From Phycisphaerales bacterium (lineage in GTDB: Bacteria > Planctomycetota > Phycisphaerae > WQYP01), in assembly GCA_027313145.1 (NCBI GenBank), contig DAHVEJ010000003.1, forward strand, positions 1 to 59,090: DNA of 59,090 nucleotides. The letters run 5' to 3'. The notes below the pieces were generated by a model. It worked only from the letters and a program-made list of their open reading frames with translations. It did no database searches and was not told the DNA's origin. Each line of letters begins with the position of its first letter. Position 1 is the stretch's first letter. Positions 38,545 through 48,665 of the stretch are shown piece by piece. The translations under genes and the position numbers were made by a program.

Positions 38545-38781
38545 TCAATTATGCGAACCACATCCCCCGGCTCCGCAGCAGCAACCGCCGCCTCCAGCAC
38601 CGCCGGGCATCGCCGCACCTGAAACCTGAGCATTAGCCACTGCGAAGACGGAAACTTTACGGATCGTGTTCTTGGACTGGCATTGCGGGCAAAGTGCCTT
38701 TTGATTCGTAGACTGCATAGAAGGCGCAAGATGGTCAAACGTTTTGCCGCAATCTTTGCATTCAAATTCATAAATAGGCAT
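38545..38781 (-). CDS. FmdB-family zinc-ribbon protein
   Basis: MPIYEFECKDCG...CPQCQS...RKVS, Gly/Cys-rich tail; GGAG before ATG 38781. Confidence 0.9.
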   Translation of the reverse strand: MPIYEFECKDCGKTFDHLAPSMQSTNQKALCPQCQSKNTIRKVSVFAVANAQVSGAAMPGGAGGGGCCCGAGGCGSHN

Positions 38782-39181
38782 GAGATAACTCCATATACCG
38801 GCCAGTCTATATACACTCACCATACAATTACTAGCATAGGCTCTGCTACGGGGGGAAAGCAAGTCCGCGGGCGGCACGTTCTGCCGGGATCCTGCCTGGT
38901 GCGGTAGCGCCATGGTTTGAAGCGGAACACCGCCGCGGAGAACGCCCCCGTTCCAATATGGCGCGCACCGGGCCACTGGCGACGTGCCCAAGCTTAGCGC
39001 ATCATGAAATGCCACTTCCGCTGCGAACTCAACGCTGCCGCTTTGAGCCAATAAGTCGCGTCGCAATTCTTCGGAATATTCTGCCTGCCGACGGCGGCAA
39101 TTCCGGTTTCGCGTGCCGATGGTTTCCCAGTTGCGAATTATCGTGTAGAATTTCGTTGCGCTCTTAATAGGAGTTTATATC

Positions 39182-41590
39182 ATGAGCGAAACGGGACTTC
39201 TGGCCCTCACCACGGATCGGCGTATTTTTCTCAAGGCGGTGGCCGCGACTTCCACCGTGGTGGCGGGTGCGTCGGTTTCCAGGGCGGCGAAGCGGGCGAC
39301 GGTTGGCGGCGCTTTAAAAGTGACCGCAATCAGGCAGGAATCCCATGGCGTCCTGCTGACACTGGCCACTGGAGCCATGCGCGTGATGGTCTATTCGGAT
39401 CGGGTCATTCGCGTTCTTTTTTCGCCCACTGGCGATAACCCGCAACATGAAAGTCTGGCGGTCATCCACGGCCCGATTAAAACCACCTGGCAACTGCGCA
39501 AAACGGCGACCCATGTGGTCGTTTCAGCAAAATATATTTCCGCACGCATCGACCGCGCCGCCGGTGTGGTTGAATTTCTGGATGCACATGGAAAGGTGTT
39601 TCTGGCGGAAAGCAACGGCGGGCGCAGCATGTTGCCGGTGAAGTTTAAAGATGTCGCCACCTACCGGGTCCGCCAGAAATTTGTCCTTCAGCCCAATGAG
39701 GCCATTTTCGGATTAGGCGAACATCCGCGCGGTGTCGCCAATAACCGGGGAGAAATTGTCCATCTGGCCCAGCGCAATCCGACACACATCGGCATTCCTT
39801 TTATGATGTCCAGCATGGGCTATGGCCTGTTCTGGGATAATCCGGCCATGACCGTCGTCAAAGTAGGTGCCGGTAAAGAACCAAATGTTTTAAATTGGCA
39901 TTCGCATGTGGGTTCGGTCATTGATTACTATGTTATGTATGGCCCGGACCTGGACGTCGCCATGGCCCAATGGCGAAATTTAAGCGGCGCTGCTCCGATG
40001 ATGGGGCGGTGGGTTTGGGGATATTGGCAAAGCAAAAATCGGTATGAAAATCAGTTGCAGGTGCTGGGGGTCGCCAGTGAATATCGCTCCCTAAAAATCC
40101 CCATAGATGGCATCGTGCAGGACTGGTTTTACTGGTATCCGCATCCATGGGGTTCCAACATCCTCGATCCGCTGCGTTATCCGCGGCCCACGGAAATGAT
40201 TAACCAGTTGCACCGGGAAAACCTGCACTTCATGATTTCAGTCTGGGCGAAGTTTGCCCCGGGGTCCAGTAATTATAATCTTCTCAAGCAGGCGGGGGCG
40301 TTATATCCATTGACCGGCGGCAGCAGCAAAATGTGGAATCCCGCCACCGCATACTACGACGCCTTTAATCCTCTGGCGCGTAAACTCTACTGGTCCCTGC
40401 TCAATAAAGACTTATTTTCCAAAGGCGTTGACGCCTGGTGGCTTGATGCCAGTGAGCCGGAACTCGGTGGAAAATGGGGCGAATTTGCTGACGTTAAAAC
40501 CTACGCCGGCTGGGGGGCCTTTGTTTACAACGCCTACCCGCTCATGCACACCGGCGCGGTATATAACGGCCAGCGCAGCACCACAGATGTTAAACGGGTC
40601 ATGATTTTAACCCGCTCCGCATGGGCCGGGCAGCAGCGCCATTCGGCCATTACCTGGTCCGGTGATGTGGCGGGAAATCTGCCAACCCTGGCTTTGCAGA
40701 TTCCGGCGGGAATTAATTTCTGCTTAAGCGGCATCCCGTATTGGAACACGGATATTGGCGGCTATGTCAGCGGGAATCCCCAGGATCCGGTTTACCGTGA
40801 ATGCTTTATCCGCTGGTTCCAGTTCGGGGCATTTTGTCCCATGTTCCGCGTGCATGGCTGCAATTATCCGAAGGAAATGTGGCGATTTGGCCCGCCGGCG
40901 ATGGCCATATTGGAAAAATTTGACCGCCTGCGCTATCACCTCCTGCCTTACATTTATTCGGTGGCATGGATGGTAACCAATCAGGGCTACACCATGTTGC
41001 GTGGTTTGGTGATGGATTTCCGCACCGATTCCAAAGTCTATGACATACCGGATCAATTCATGTTTGGCCCGGCGGTTCTGGTCAACCCCGTCACGAAAGC
41101 CGGGGCGGTTTCACGTCAGGTATATCTGCCGGAGTCGACACAGTGGATTGATTTCTGGACCGGCCGCAAATTAAAGGGCGGCCAACACGTCGAAGCACCG
41201 GCGGCTCTGGATTCGCTGCCGCTGTATATTCGCGCGGGATCCATTCTTCCATTCGGGCCGTCGGTGCAGAATGCTCAGGAACCGGCTGATCCGATAGAAT
41301 TGCGCGTCTACGACGGTGCCAACGGCGAATTCACACTGTATGAGGATGAAGGCGATTCCTACGATTATGAAAAGGGCACCTACGCCACCATCACGTTTAC
41401 CTGGGATGATAAAGCCGGAAAACTGACCATTGGCCAACGCCATGGCACCTTCCCGGACATGCTTGATCATCGCACGTTCCGCATTGTGTTTGTCAGCCCT
41501 GATCATGGCGTGGGCATTGAACCGGCCCAACCGGATCAGATTGTGCATTATGACGGCCACGCAGTGGTGTTGCACCGGGCTGGTGCCTGA
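39182..41590 (+). CDS. Tat-exported GH31 alpha-glycosidase (probable alpha-xylosidase)
   Basis: DRRIFLK Tat leader; GYWQSKNRY, IVQDW, WWLDASEP, WNTDIGG, LYEDEGD. Confidence 0.9.
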   Translation: MSETGLLALTTDRRIFLKAVAATSTVVAGASVSRAAKRATVGGALKVTAIRQESHGVLLTLATGAMRVMVYSDRVIRVLFSPTGDNPQHESLAVIHGPIKTTWQLRKTATHVVVSAKYISARIDRAAGVVEFLDAHGKVFLAESNGGRSMLPVKFKDVATYRVRQKFVLQPNEAIFGLGEHPRGVANNRGEIVHLAQRNPTHIGIPFMMSSMGYGLFWDNPAMTVVKVGAGKEPNVLNWHSHVGSVIDYYVMYGPDLDVAMAQWRNLSGAAPMMGRWVWGYWQSKNRYENQLQVLGVASEYRSLKIPIDGIVQDWFYWYPHPWGSNILDPLRYPRPTEMINQLHRENLHFMISVWAKFAPGSSNYNLLKQAGALYPLTGGSSKMWNPATAYYDAFNPLARKLYWSLLNKDLFSKGVDAWWLDASEPELGGKWGEFADVKTYAGWGAFVYNAYPLMHTGAVYNGQRSTTDVKRVMILTRSAWAGQQRHSAITWSGDVAGNLPTLALQIPAGINFCLSGIPYWNTDIGGYVSGNPQDPVYRECFIRWFQFGAFCPMFRVHGCNYPKEMWRFGPPAMAILEKFDRLRYHLLPYIYSVAWMVTNQGYTMLRGLVMDFRTDSKVYDIPDQFMFGPAVLVNPVTKAGAVSRQVYLPESTQWIDFWTGRKLKGGQHVEAPAALDSLPLYIRAGSILPFGPSVQNAQEPADPIELRVYDGANGEFTLYEDEGDSYDYEKGTYATITFTWDDKAGKLTIGQRHGTFPDMLDHRTFRIVFVSPDHGVGIEPAQPDQIVHYDGHAVVLHRAGA

Positions 41591-41609
41591 CGCCGAAAAA
41601 GATACTGGG

Positions 41610-44429
41610 TCAACCGACGGATGACAGTGTCACCGGTCCTAAGAGGCCGGAGTCCATAATCGGCCAATGCGCCGCGTTAAATGGGCGGTAGTCGATATTC
41701 ACGAAATTGGCGTCGCGGAATATCTTCCACGCGATACGCTTACGGTCCATATACCGGATTCGATTGGCCGGCAGGTTGGTAACTTCAACCTCCAGCACAT
41801 TATCCGTCGGTTTCAGGCTGTGGATGACCAGCTCATACGGAGCCTGAATCAATGCGCCGATATTCTCAGCATTCAGCCGCACGCGCGCGGTGTTGCAGAC
41901 TTTTCCCAGATTCAACACCCACGGCCCGGTGCCGGCCGGCGCGTTGAAAGTCAGTGTATAACGCGCTGTGCCGGAGAAGTATTGCGCAGCCGGATCACTA
42001 TGGCGGGTCCAGGAGGCAGGCTCGGTGATTTCATAGCCCCGCGGCAAGGTCGGGCCGCCCTCAATAAAGTCCACGTCCCAGACACCGGTAAGGCGTTGCG
42101 CTGGGGCGGCAGAACTGTAGAACGTCCAGGTTTTACCGGCATTCAGCGGCGTGTCCAAGGTGCGCAGTATCAGCGATGTATCGCTTTGCATAGAAATGTT
42201 CAGCGACGGTCGCCCTTGCGCATCGCGCGTTATCTTGGCCGGTGCGCAATGGCCCGTCATGGGATCCATTATCACCACAGCCTTGGCCGGTGTGGCCAAT
42301 GTGATGCGGGTATCCAGCCGCGTTTTCCCCTGATAGGCCAGAAAATAATGCCGCCCGCCCTGATAGCTTCGACGGATGTACATTAGTCCGGCGTGTGTGG
42401 TCAGCGTTTCACCGGAAACTTCGGCGCTGGCCAGTGTTTGCACCAGCGATCCCACAAAAATAGTTCCCCGTCCAATCTTCGCGGATCGCGGCTTGCCGCG
42501 GGCATTTGATGCTGCGGCAGTCAGGTGGAGACTGCCGACCATCGCGCGCATGTGATCCTGCCGAGCCGGCAAGTCGGTTAATCCCGGCGGCTCAACAGGA
42601 ATACTATTCTCAAAAATTATCTTCCCACCCGCGGCGGCCAAAGCGAGGAGTTTTTCCAAAGTCTTCGGTGGCATATATTTGGCGGTGGGTATGACAATAG
42701 CCTGATAGCTGCAGCCCGGTGTGTTGATGCGTCCATTGGCAACGGTCGCGTGCTCTAGCAACTTATCAGAAACGTAATCAAAGCCGATGCCGCGGTGCCA
42801 CAAAAACTGTGCCGCGCGGCCGATGGCATGGCCATAAAACCACTGATCAAAATTGGTCATGGTCTGGTACTGGCCCAGACCTTCGGGATTGTGCCATTGG
42901 TCATAAATCGGCCAGTACAGCAGCACGTCACTGTCGGGCCGGCCTTCCTGCAAAATGCTTTGGCTGCGGGCGATATAATTGTTGAGCGTCGGCACATCAT
43001 GCCAGATACTCATGCGCGGATTCATATCCGTGGATGCATAAAACAGCCATCCCGGCCACGCGGCATCATCACGGGAAAAGCTGGTGCCGTGATAAAATAG
43101 ATGATTCACACCGCCGACAAAAAATTGATCCACCAGCTTTTTCATATCGGCCAGCGTGACCTTAAAATGCTCGGCCAGCCACGTGCCCGTTTCCGATGAA
43201 ACCCAACGCTTGCCCGGTACATGGGCCGCGGAGGAAGCAAATTTGGCAATCAACGGATCACAATGGCCGACCGTGTCAGGTGTGCCGAAATTATTTTCCG
43301 GCTCGGGCATATCCGCGACAGCATAAAAATCCAGCAGATTCGTCGGTGACCCGTGCGCCTGATTATGATTGAGCATTCCATGCTGGTGGCACCAGTGCGT
43401 CCACTGGGAAAATACCTCATCGACCATGACGTCAGAAACCGTTTCCCGATAATCGGATTTTACCCGCGCAACCGTTTCCGGATCGCCATGGCCCGCCAAA
43501 GCCGGCAGTTGATCCTCCAGAGAATACTTCCGCAGTTTTTTGAAACTGTCGAAGAAATTCACGGACCACTCTCCGTAACCGCCCGGAACACTGGTCATGT
43601 ATTCATACGAATCATGAAACATCGTTTGCGGTATCTGCACGCCTGGCGTGGCAAATGCTTTGGTAAACCGCTGCAGATAAAACGCCATGGCAGGGGGGTA
43701 GACCGTATTAAGCATCATGCCCCAACCGCCGGGGGCGGCGCGTTTGACATGCGCGCCGGGGTGGCCCACCAGCGCCACCAGCACCCATGCGCCGGCGGGG
43801 CGCTGCCAGTTGACGGTGCCGTCAGAATCGATCTGGCTCGGTTTGATCTCCTCGCGCCGCCCGTCTTGGCTAAATGCCGCCAGGTGAAGAACTTTTTCCC
43901 GTGGCAGATCAACATGCCATGCCGTCGCCGCATCCGCCGGGGATTCAAAGGCGATTGCTTTGGCAAATAATGATGCGTAATCCCCCACAATTCCCGGTCC
44001 GCCCATATTCCAACCGGTGCCTTGCGTCATGTCTACGCCCATGTTGAGCCGCCGGGCTTCCACCACGTCAAAGCTCATCATCTGCAGCCATTGCGGACTT
44101 AAGTATTGTATATATTCCTTTTCCCATCCGCGGGCACCGTAAATGGGAATAATTCGCACGCCGCCCAAACCGCCCGCTTTATACCGCCGCAGTTCCTCCG
44201 CCAGATTATCCTGATCTACCGCAGAACCCATCCACCAGTTAAAGCACCAAGGACGGCACACCGCGGTAATCGGCGGCCACGCAAGCGGATGCAGCGCAGA
44301 ACTTTCTCCCGCATCGCCGGTATCTTGAATTGCCGCCATGGCTGGCTCGGATAATGCAAGGGCCGACGCCGCAAGAGCCGATGTTAAAAGAAATTCACGG
44401 CGTGAAGATTCCAACGGATTGCAGGACAT
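41610..44429 (-). CDS. Tat-exported alpha-L-rhamnosidase-like enzyme, GH106
   Basis: SRREFL leader; RPW...WWMGSAV, IIPIYG, QYLSPQW, GTGW, VKRAAPGG, DSYE, QAHGSP, SGLLGPV; start at MSCNP. Confidence 0.85.
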   Translation of the reverse strand: MSCNPLESSRREFLLTSALAASALALSEPAMAAIQDTGDAGESSALHPLAWPPITAVCRPWCFNWWMGSAVDQDNLAEELRRYKAGGLGGVRIIPIYGARGWEKEYIQYLSPQWLQMMSFDVVEARRLNMGVDMTQGTGWNMGGPGIVGDYASLFAKAIAFESPADAATAWHVDLPREKVLHLAAFSQDGRREEIKPSQIDSDGTVNWQRPAGAWVLVALVGHPGAHVKRAAPGGWGMMLNTVYPPAMAFYLQRFTKAFATPGVQIPQTMFHDSYEYMTSVPGGYGEWSVNFFDSFKKLRKYSLEDQLPALAGHGDPETVARVKSDYRETVSDVMVDEVFSQWTHWCHQHGMLNHNQAHGSPTNLLDFYAVADMPEPENNFGTPDTVGHCDPLIAKFASSAAHVPGKRWVSSETGTWLAEHFKVTLADMKKLVDQFFVGGVNHLFYHGTSFSRDDAAWPGWLFYASTDMNPRMSIWHDVPTLNNYIARSQSILQEGRPDSDVLLYWPIYDQWHNPEGLGQYQTMTNFDQWFYGHAIGRAAQFLWHRGIGFDYVSDKLLEHATVANGRINTPGCSYQAIVIPTAKYMPPKTLEKLLALAAAGGKIIFENSIPVEPPGLTDLPARQDHMRAMVGSLHLTAAASNARGKPRSAKIGRGTIFVGSLVQTLASAEVSGETLTTHAGLMYIRRSYQGGRHYFLAYQGKTRLDTRITLATPAKAVVIMDPMTGHCAPAKITRDAQGRPSLNISMQSDTSLILRTLDTPLNAGKTWTFYSSAAPAQRLTGVWDVDFIEGGPTLPRGYEITEPASWTRHSDPAAQYFSGTARYTLTFNAPAGTGPWVLNLGKVCNTARVRLNAENIGALIQAPYELVIHSLKPTDNVLEVEVTNLPANRIRYMDRKRIAWKIFRDANFVNIDYRPFNAAHWPIMDSGLLGPVTLSSVG

Positions 44430-44661
44430 GATGATCTCCAGATGAAATGGTGCCGGCAGCGATGCGCTGCAAATACCATTTAGCAAACAGATAGGACACG
44501 CGCCACGCAGTATCACGCCGCAGCGCAATCGCGTCAACAGCGCTGCCAACCAGCCACCGGGTTATTACCAAGTTGCTCTATAACGCGACGTTCCGCCAGG
44601 AAGCCAGAAGTCATGCCGGCACGCATTGATCGCAACCCGTAATTATGGCTGGAACAGCGCA

Positions 44662-45006
44662 CTAGTCCCTAAACCAGCGTGATATTTTTCGACAGGCCGG
44701 TGAATTTTTTAAAAATGAACTGAAACGCTCTGCTTTTCGTAATAGTATAGTGTTGTAGACATCAACACGTATATTGCTTAAGGAGGCGTTTCAAGTGAAA
44801 AGAAAAACTCATCAATGGATGGCTTGTCGCGGGCGTCGCATCCGGGATCGCCTGGCCCGCAGACGCTGGAAGGATCAGCCCCATCCCATGCTCCGGGCAG
44901 GCAACATCCGTTATGAACTGGCCCAGCGCGACCGTGCCATCACCTGCGGCGGTATCGGGGCGATGCACCTGCTGGCGCAGCATGTCGGCTTGCCGCAGGC
45001 CATTAA
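44662..45006 (+). mobile_element. Truncated IS1380-family element (left IR and transposase N-terminus)
   Basis: IR CTAGTCCCTAAACCAGCG; PMLRAGNIRYELAQRDRAITCGGIGAMHLLAQHVGL matches the planctomycete IS1380 N-terminus; similarity ends near 45006. Confidence 0.78.
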
Positions 45007-45355
45007 CACTACAACGCAACAAATGCTCAAGAACGTATAGTTGGCTGGCCGATGAAGCCTTTCAGGAGCCGTATTTCTGAAAGGATCCCCGGCATGGAAG
45101 CTGAAGCGATTCTGAGAATTCGACCGGCGTTGATGCACTATCTGCACCAGTACGACGATTGTGTCGGTCGCTGCACGGCGCGGCGGCCGATGCACACAAG
45201 CTCTGGCCCAGATGATCTCCCAGATGCTGGTTTGGACGCAACGCCGCAATGTCGCTGCCGAATGCAGCCACCGCAAGCGGACACTTCGACGTTTGCACAC
45301 GCTGGGGTTGAAATTGAAGGACATGATAGTCTGCGATTGGAGTCACTTATAGCGT
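45007..45355 (+). mobile_element. Internally deleted IS701-like element
   Basis: End CACTACAACGCAACAAATGCTCAAG matches 59017-59041 at 20/25; N-terminal piece MEAEAILRIRPALMHYLHQYDDC (ATG 45094) is joined out of frame to C-terminal piece WTQRRNVAAECSHRKRTLRRLHTLGLKL; no DDE core. Confidence 0.62.
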
Positions 45356-45382
45356 ACTAATAGCATCACCGCCTCGGTCCGG

Positions 45383-45781
45383 GTGCATGGACATACCCTG
45401 CAAAGCGCCACCGTCCATTTCAGCCATGTCCAAGTGCTGATTCTGCTTATCCGTGTGTTGACATTTACCGCCGCGTTCAACATGGCGTTGGGACCGATTC
45501 CCTGGATTATCATCTCTGAAATTTTTCCTGCGCGAATCCGTGGACGAGCCGCATCGGTTGGCGTGCTGGCACTCTGGGCGGCAACTTTCGTGGTTGCTCA
45601 GACATTTCCCATGTTGAAAAATGACATCGGAGTTACGGGTACTTACTTTATTTATGCGGGCTGTTCTCTGATCACCTTCCTATTTGTGTTGCTGGAGCTA
45701 CCGGAGACCAAAGGCAAGACACTGGAGCAAATTGAGGCGTATTGGCATCATCGACATCCGAGTAAAGCAGTTCAGGATTAG
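45383..45781 (+). pseudogene. Sugar porter (MFS, XylE/AraE-like), C-terminal fragment
   Basis: LGPIPWIIISEIFPARIRGRA and PETKGKTLEQIE; only the last 3-4 helices remain. Confidence 0.88.
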
Positions 45782-46038
45782 ATTGGAGTGGCCAACAACA
45801 CGAGGTTCTTCCTATTGCCAACTTCGGAAAATCGTGGAAAGCGGCGCAGACGCGATTTGTACAGTTTGCTTTAATCCGGCGGAGTACCCGAAGATATTAC
45901 GAAACAACGTAGTAATTTTACGAAGAACCTCAATGACACGCCGCCTGGCAGGTGGTTATGCTAATGAGTATGGATGGTGACAGGCACTATGCAACCTGAC
46001 TTTTTTCGGTTGCCAAGTGCCTTCGTAGGAGAAACATC

Positions 46039-46749
46039 GTGAACCCGATTGTGCAAATTTCATTGGATTTGACAACCATTAATGAAGCATTGTCCACTGC
46101 GGACATGGCGATCCGCGCCGGCGTGGATTACCTGGAGGCCGGCACGCCTTTGATTATCGCCGAGGGGATGAATGGCGTGCGGGCGCTTCGTCGGCGGTTT
46201 CCAAACGTGCCAATCGTGGCGGATTTGAAAACGATGGATGGCGGCTACTTGGAAGCGCAAATGATGGCCCAGGCAGGAGCCACGCATGTGGTGGTTATGG
46301 CCCGTGCCCATGAGGAAACCATCCGCTGTGTGGTCAAGGCGGGGCATGACTACAGCCTGAAGGTTATGGGGGACAACTTGGCGTGTCCGGATATGGTGGC
46401 CGCGGCCAAATCCCTGGAAGATTTGGGATGCGATTATGTCATCCACCACATAGGATATGATGAACGCCGCGGCATTGCGGCGCGCGGGAAGCGTATGCCC
46501 AGTCCGCTGGATCAACTTCGCCAGGTCGTGGCCGCCGTTCGCGTTCCGGTGCAGGCCGTCGGTGGGCTGAGTATCGAGCAGGCGATCCGCGCACCGCAAT
46601 ATGGAGCGCCGCTGGTGGTGTTGGGCGCACCGCTGACCATTGACGCCGATGCTTTTAAGCTTGCCAGTGGTAACATGGAGGAATCGCTTCGGTTGATTTG
46701 TAATAAAGTCCATGCGTATGGTGATGTTGCAACAGGAGTCAGTTCATGA
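46039..46749 (+). CDS. HPS/KGPDC (OMP decarboxylase superfamily) enzyme, 3-hexulose-6-phosphate synthase-like
   Basis: VQISLD, LEAGTPL, IVADLKTMDGG, HIGYD, AVGGL; AGGAG before GTG. Confidence 0.88.
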   Translation: MNPIVQISLDLTTINEALSTADMAIRAGVDYLEAGTPLIIAEGMNGVRALRRRFPNVPIVADLKTMDGGYLEAQMMAQAGATHVVVMARAHEETIRCVVKAGHDYSLKVMGDNLACPDMVAAAKSLEDLGCDYVIHHIGYDERRGIAARGKRMPSPLDQLRQVVAAVRVPVQAVGGLSIEQAIRAPQYGAPLVVLGAPLTIDADAFKLASGNMEESLRLICNKVHAYGDVATGVSS

Positions 46750-47768
46750 ACGAAATGGCGGTGGTTAATTTTGCTCGAACGAAACACGCGGTGGAATTAC
46801 GTTCGGTAAAGCGACCTGATATCGGTCCTCTGGATGTATTGCTAAGGGTTGAAGCGGTGGGCGTGTGCGGCAGCGATCTGCACCAGTGGACAGCTGACCA
46901 CAGCTGGCCGGTAAATTACCCGGTCATCCTAGGCCATGAATTCGCGGGTGTTATTCACGAGATCGGTACGGGCGTGACCGGATGGCAAACGGGCCAGAGG
47001 GTGGTTAGCGAAACCGCCGCGGTAATTGATTTGGACAATCCTATGTCCCGGCAGGGGTTTTACAACTTGGACCCCGGTCGTAAAGGATTTGGTTACGGGG
47101 TAGATGGTGCCATGACTCATTATGTGCGCGTGCCTGCCCGTTGCCTGCACCGGCTGCCGGATAATCTACCCTTGGAAACAGCGGCACTGACTGAACCTTG
47201 CTGTGTTGCGTACAACGCGGTGGTAAACAACGGACGAATTAAGCCGGGAGATCGCATCGTGGTTTTTGGTCCGGGAACCATCGGCATTCTTTGTGCCGCG
47301 ATGGCCCGATTGTGTGGTGCCACGGTGGCCATTGCCGGGTTGGAGCGCGACCGTAAGCGTCTTGAGAAATCGAAAAGCTATGGATGCATTCCAATTATCG
47401 GTGGTTTATCGGAATGGGCCATGTCGGGTGATGGATTGGGGGTCGATGGCGTTATTGATGCGGCCGGCGTTTCCGCAACACTGCAATCCGCACTGCAAAT
47501 AGTCCGTCCCAACGGATGGATCAGCAAGGTGGGATGGGGGCCGCAACCGCTGGGATTTTCGCTGGATCCGTTGGTGCAGAAGAATATCATACTACAAGGC
47601 AGTTTCAGCCACAATTGGCCCATCTGGGAGCGCGTGATAAGCCTGCTGACATCCGGGCAACTCGATGTCAAACCGATCATCGGCGGTATCTGGCCTCTGG
47701 ATCAATGGCAGGAAGCATTTGAAAAAATGCATGGCGGAGAAGTGATCAAAGCCATACTTAAACCGTAA
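46746..47768 (+). CDS. Zinc-dependent medium-chain dehydrogenase
   Basis: GVCGSDLH, LGHEFAG, LTEPC, GPGTIG; the structural-Zn Cys cluster is absent; overlaps the upstream stop (ATGA). Confidence 0.92.
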   Translation: MNEMAVVNFARTKHAVELRSVKRPDIGPLDVLLRVEAVGVCGSDLHQWTADHSWPVNYPVILGHEFAGVIHEIGTGVTGWQTGQRVVSETAAVIDLDNPMSRQGFYNLDPGRKGFGYGVDGAMTHYVRVPARCLHRLPDNLPLETAALTEPCCVAYNAVVNNGRIKPGDRIVVFGPGTIGILCAAMARLCGATVAIAGLERDRKRLEKSKSYGCIPIIGGLSEWAMSGDGLGVDGVIDAAGVSATLQSALQIVRPNGWISKVGWGPQPLGFSLDPLVQKNIILQGSFSHNWPIWERVISLLTSGQLDVKPIIGGIWPLDQWQEAFEKMHGGEVIKAILKP

Positions 47769-47786
47769 GTTGACAAGAACTCGACA

Positions 47787-48665
47787 ATGATGAATAAGTT
47801 GCCCTTATTTTCCGTCAGCGAATTTACTACTTGGGATCAGTCCTTTGAGCAGGATATGGCCCTGTATCGCCGCTTGGGTATTACCGGTATTGAAGTATGC
47901 GAACGCAAACTCTCTGCCGACCCGGTGCATGCCCGTGAACAATTGGCGCTGCTGCGCGAAAGTGGATTACGCCTTACCAGCGTCCAGCCCCGCGTGCATG
48001 CTCTTTTTAAGGATTCCATGTGCCCGGATATAGATGATCCAAAGGAGCGGATGCGACGGTATCGGCGGACTATTGATCTGTTTGCAGAAAGTTTTCCTGG
48101 CCAGAATCTTCCGTTGGTAACCATCGGAGGTAATGCTCCAGGCTATAATTTTCGTCTGGCCCATCAAACCGCGCGACAACTGTACGGCGATCTGGCCCGC
48201 TATGCGGCGGATCGCGGTGTGCGGATCATGTTTGAGCCGCTGCATCCGATTTTGATGAATAACGATACTTTCATTTGCTCACTGGATGAAGCGTTACACC
48301 TTATTGACGATATCCATCATCCGCAGTTCGGGCTGATGCTGGATGTCTGGCATATATGGCATGAACAGGATATCACCCGGCGAATCCGGACGTTGGGGCC
48401 GCTCATATTCGGCGTGCATATCTGTGATTGGCCTCGTGAACAGCCGCGCGGACCGGCTGATCGTGTTTTGCCGGGGCGGGGAATTATTGATCTGTCGGCG
48501 TTGCTTGGGGCTATCGAAGCAGCGGGTTACGACGGTGCCTATTGTCTGGAAATTTTCTCGGCACATCAGTGGCCGGATTCGCTGTGGCGTATCGATCCCG
48601 CCCGGGTGCTTGAGGATGGGCGGCAGGGATTTTACAAGGCTTGGAAGGCTCGAATATGCGATTGA
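47787..48665 (+). CDS. Sugar phosphate isomerase/epimerase (xylose isomerase-like TIM barrel)
   Basis: FEPLHP, LDVWH, VHICD, DRVLPGRG, YCLEIFS. Confidence 0.88.
   Translation: MMNKLPLFSVSEFTTWDQSFEQDMALYRRLGITGIEVCERKLSADPVHAREQLALLRESGLRLTSVQPRVHALFKDSMCPDIDDPKERMRRYRRTIDLFAESFPGQNLPLVTIGGNAPGYNFRLAHQTARQLYGDLARYAADRGVRIMFEPLHPILMNNDTFICSLDEALHLIDDIHHPQFGLMLDVWHIWHEQDITRRIRTLGPLIFGVHICDWPREQPRGPADRVLPGRGIIDLSALLGAIEAAGYDGAYCLEIFSAHQWPDSLWRIDPARVLEDGRQGFYKAWKARICD

Noticed and set aside
38860-38910. Partial resemblance to the REP arms (GCCGGGATCCTGCCTG..GCGGTA)
   Set aside because: Too short and degenerate to call a third copy
396-44679. Composite transposon between the two IS1380 ends
   Set aside because: The IRs differ, the right-hand element is truncated, and the interval holds core housekeeping genes; independent insertions are more likely
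46039-46749. Methylotrophy (RuMP formaldehyde fixation)
   Set aside because: No hxlB or C1 oxidation genes nearby; the context is sugar catabolism
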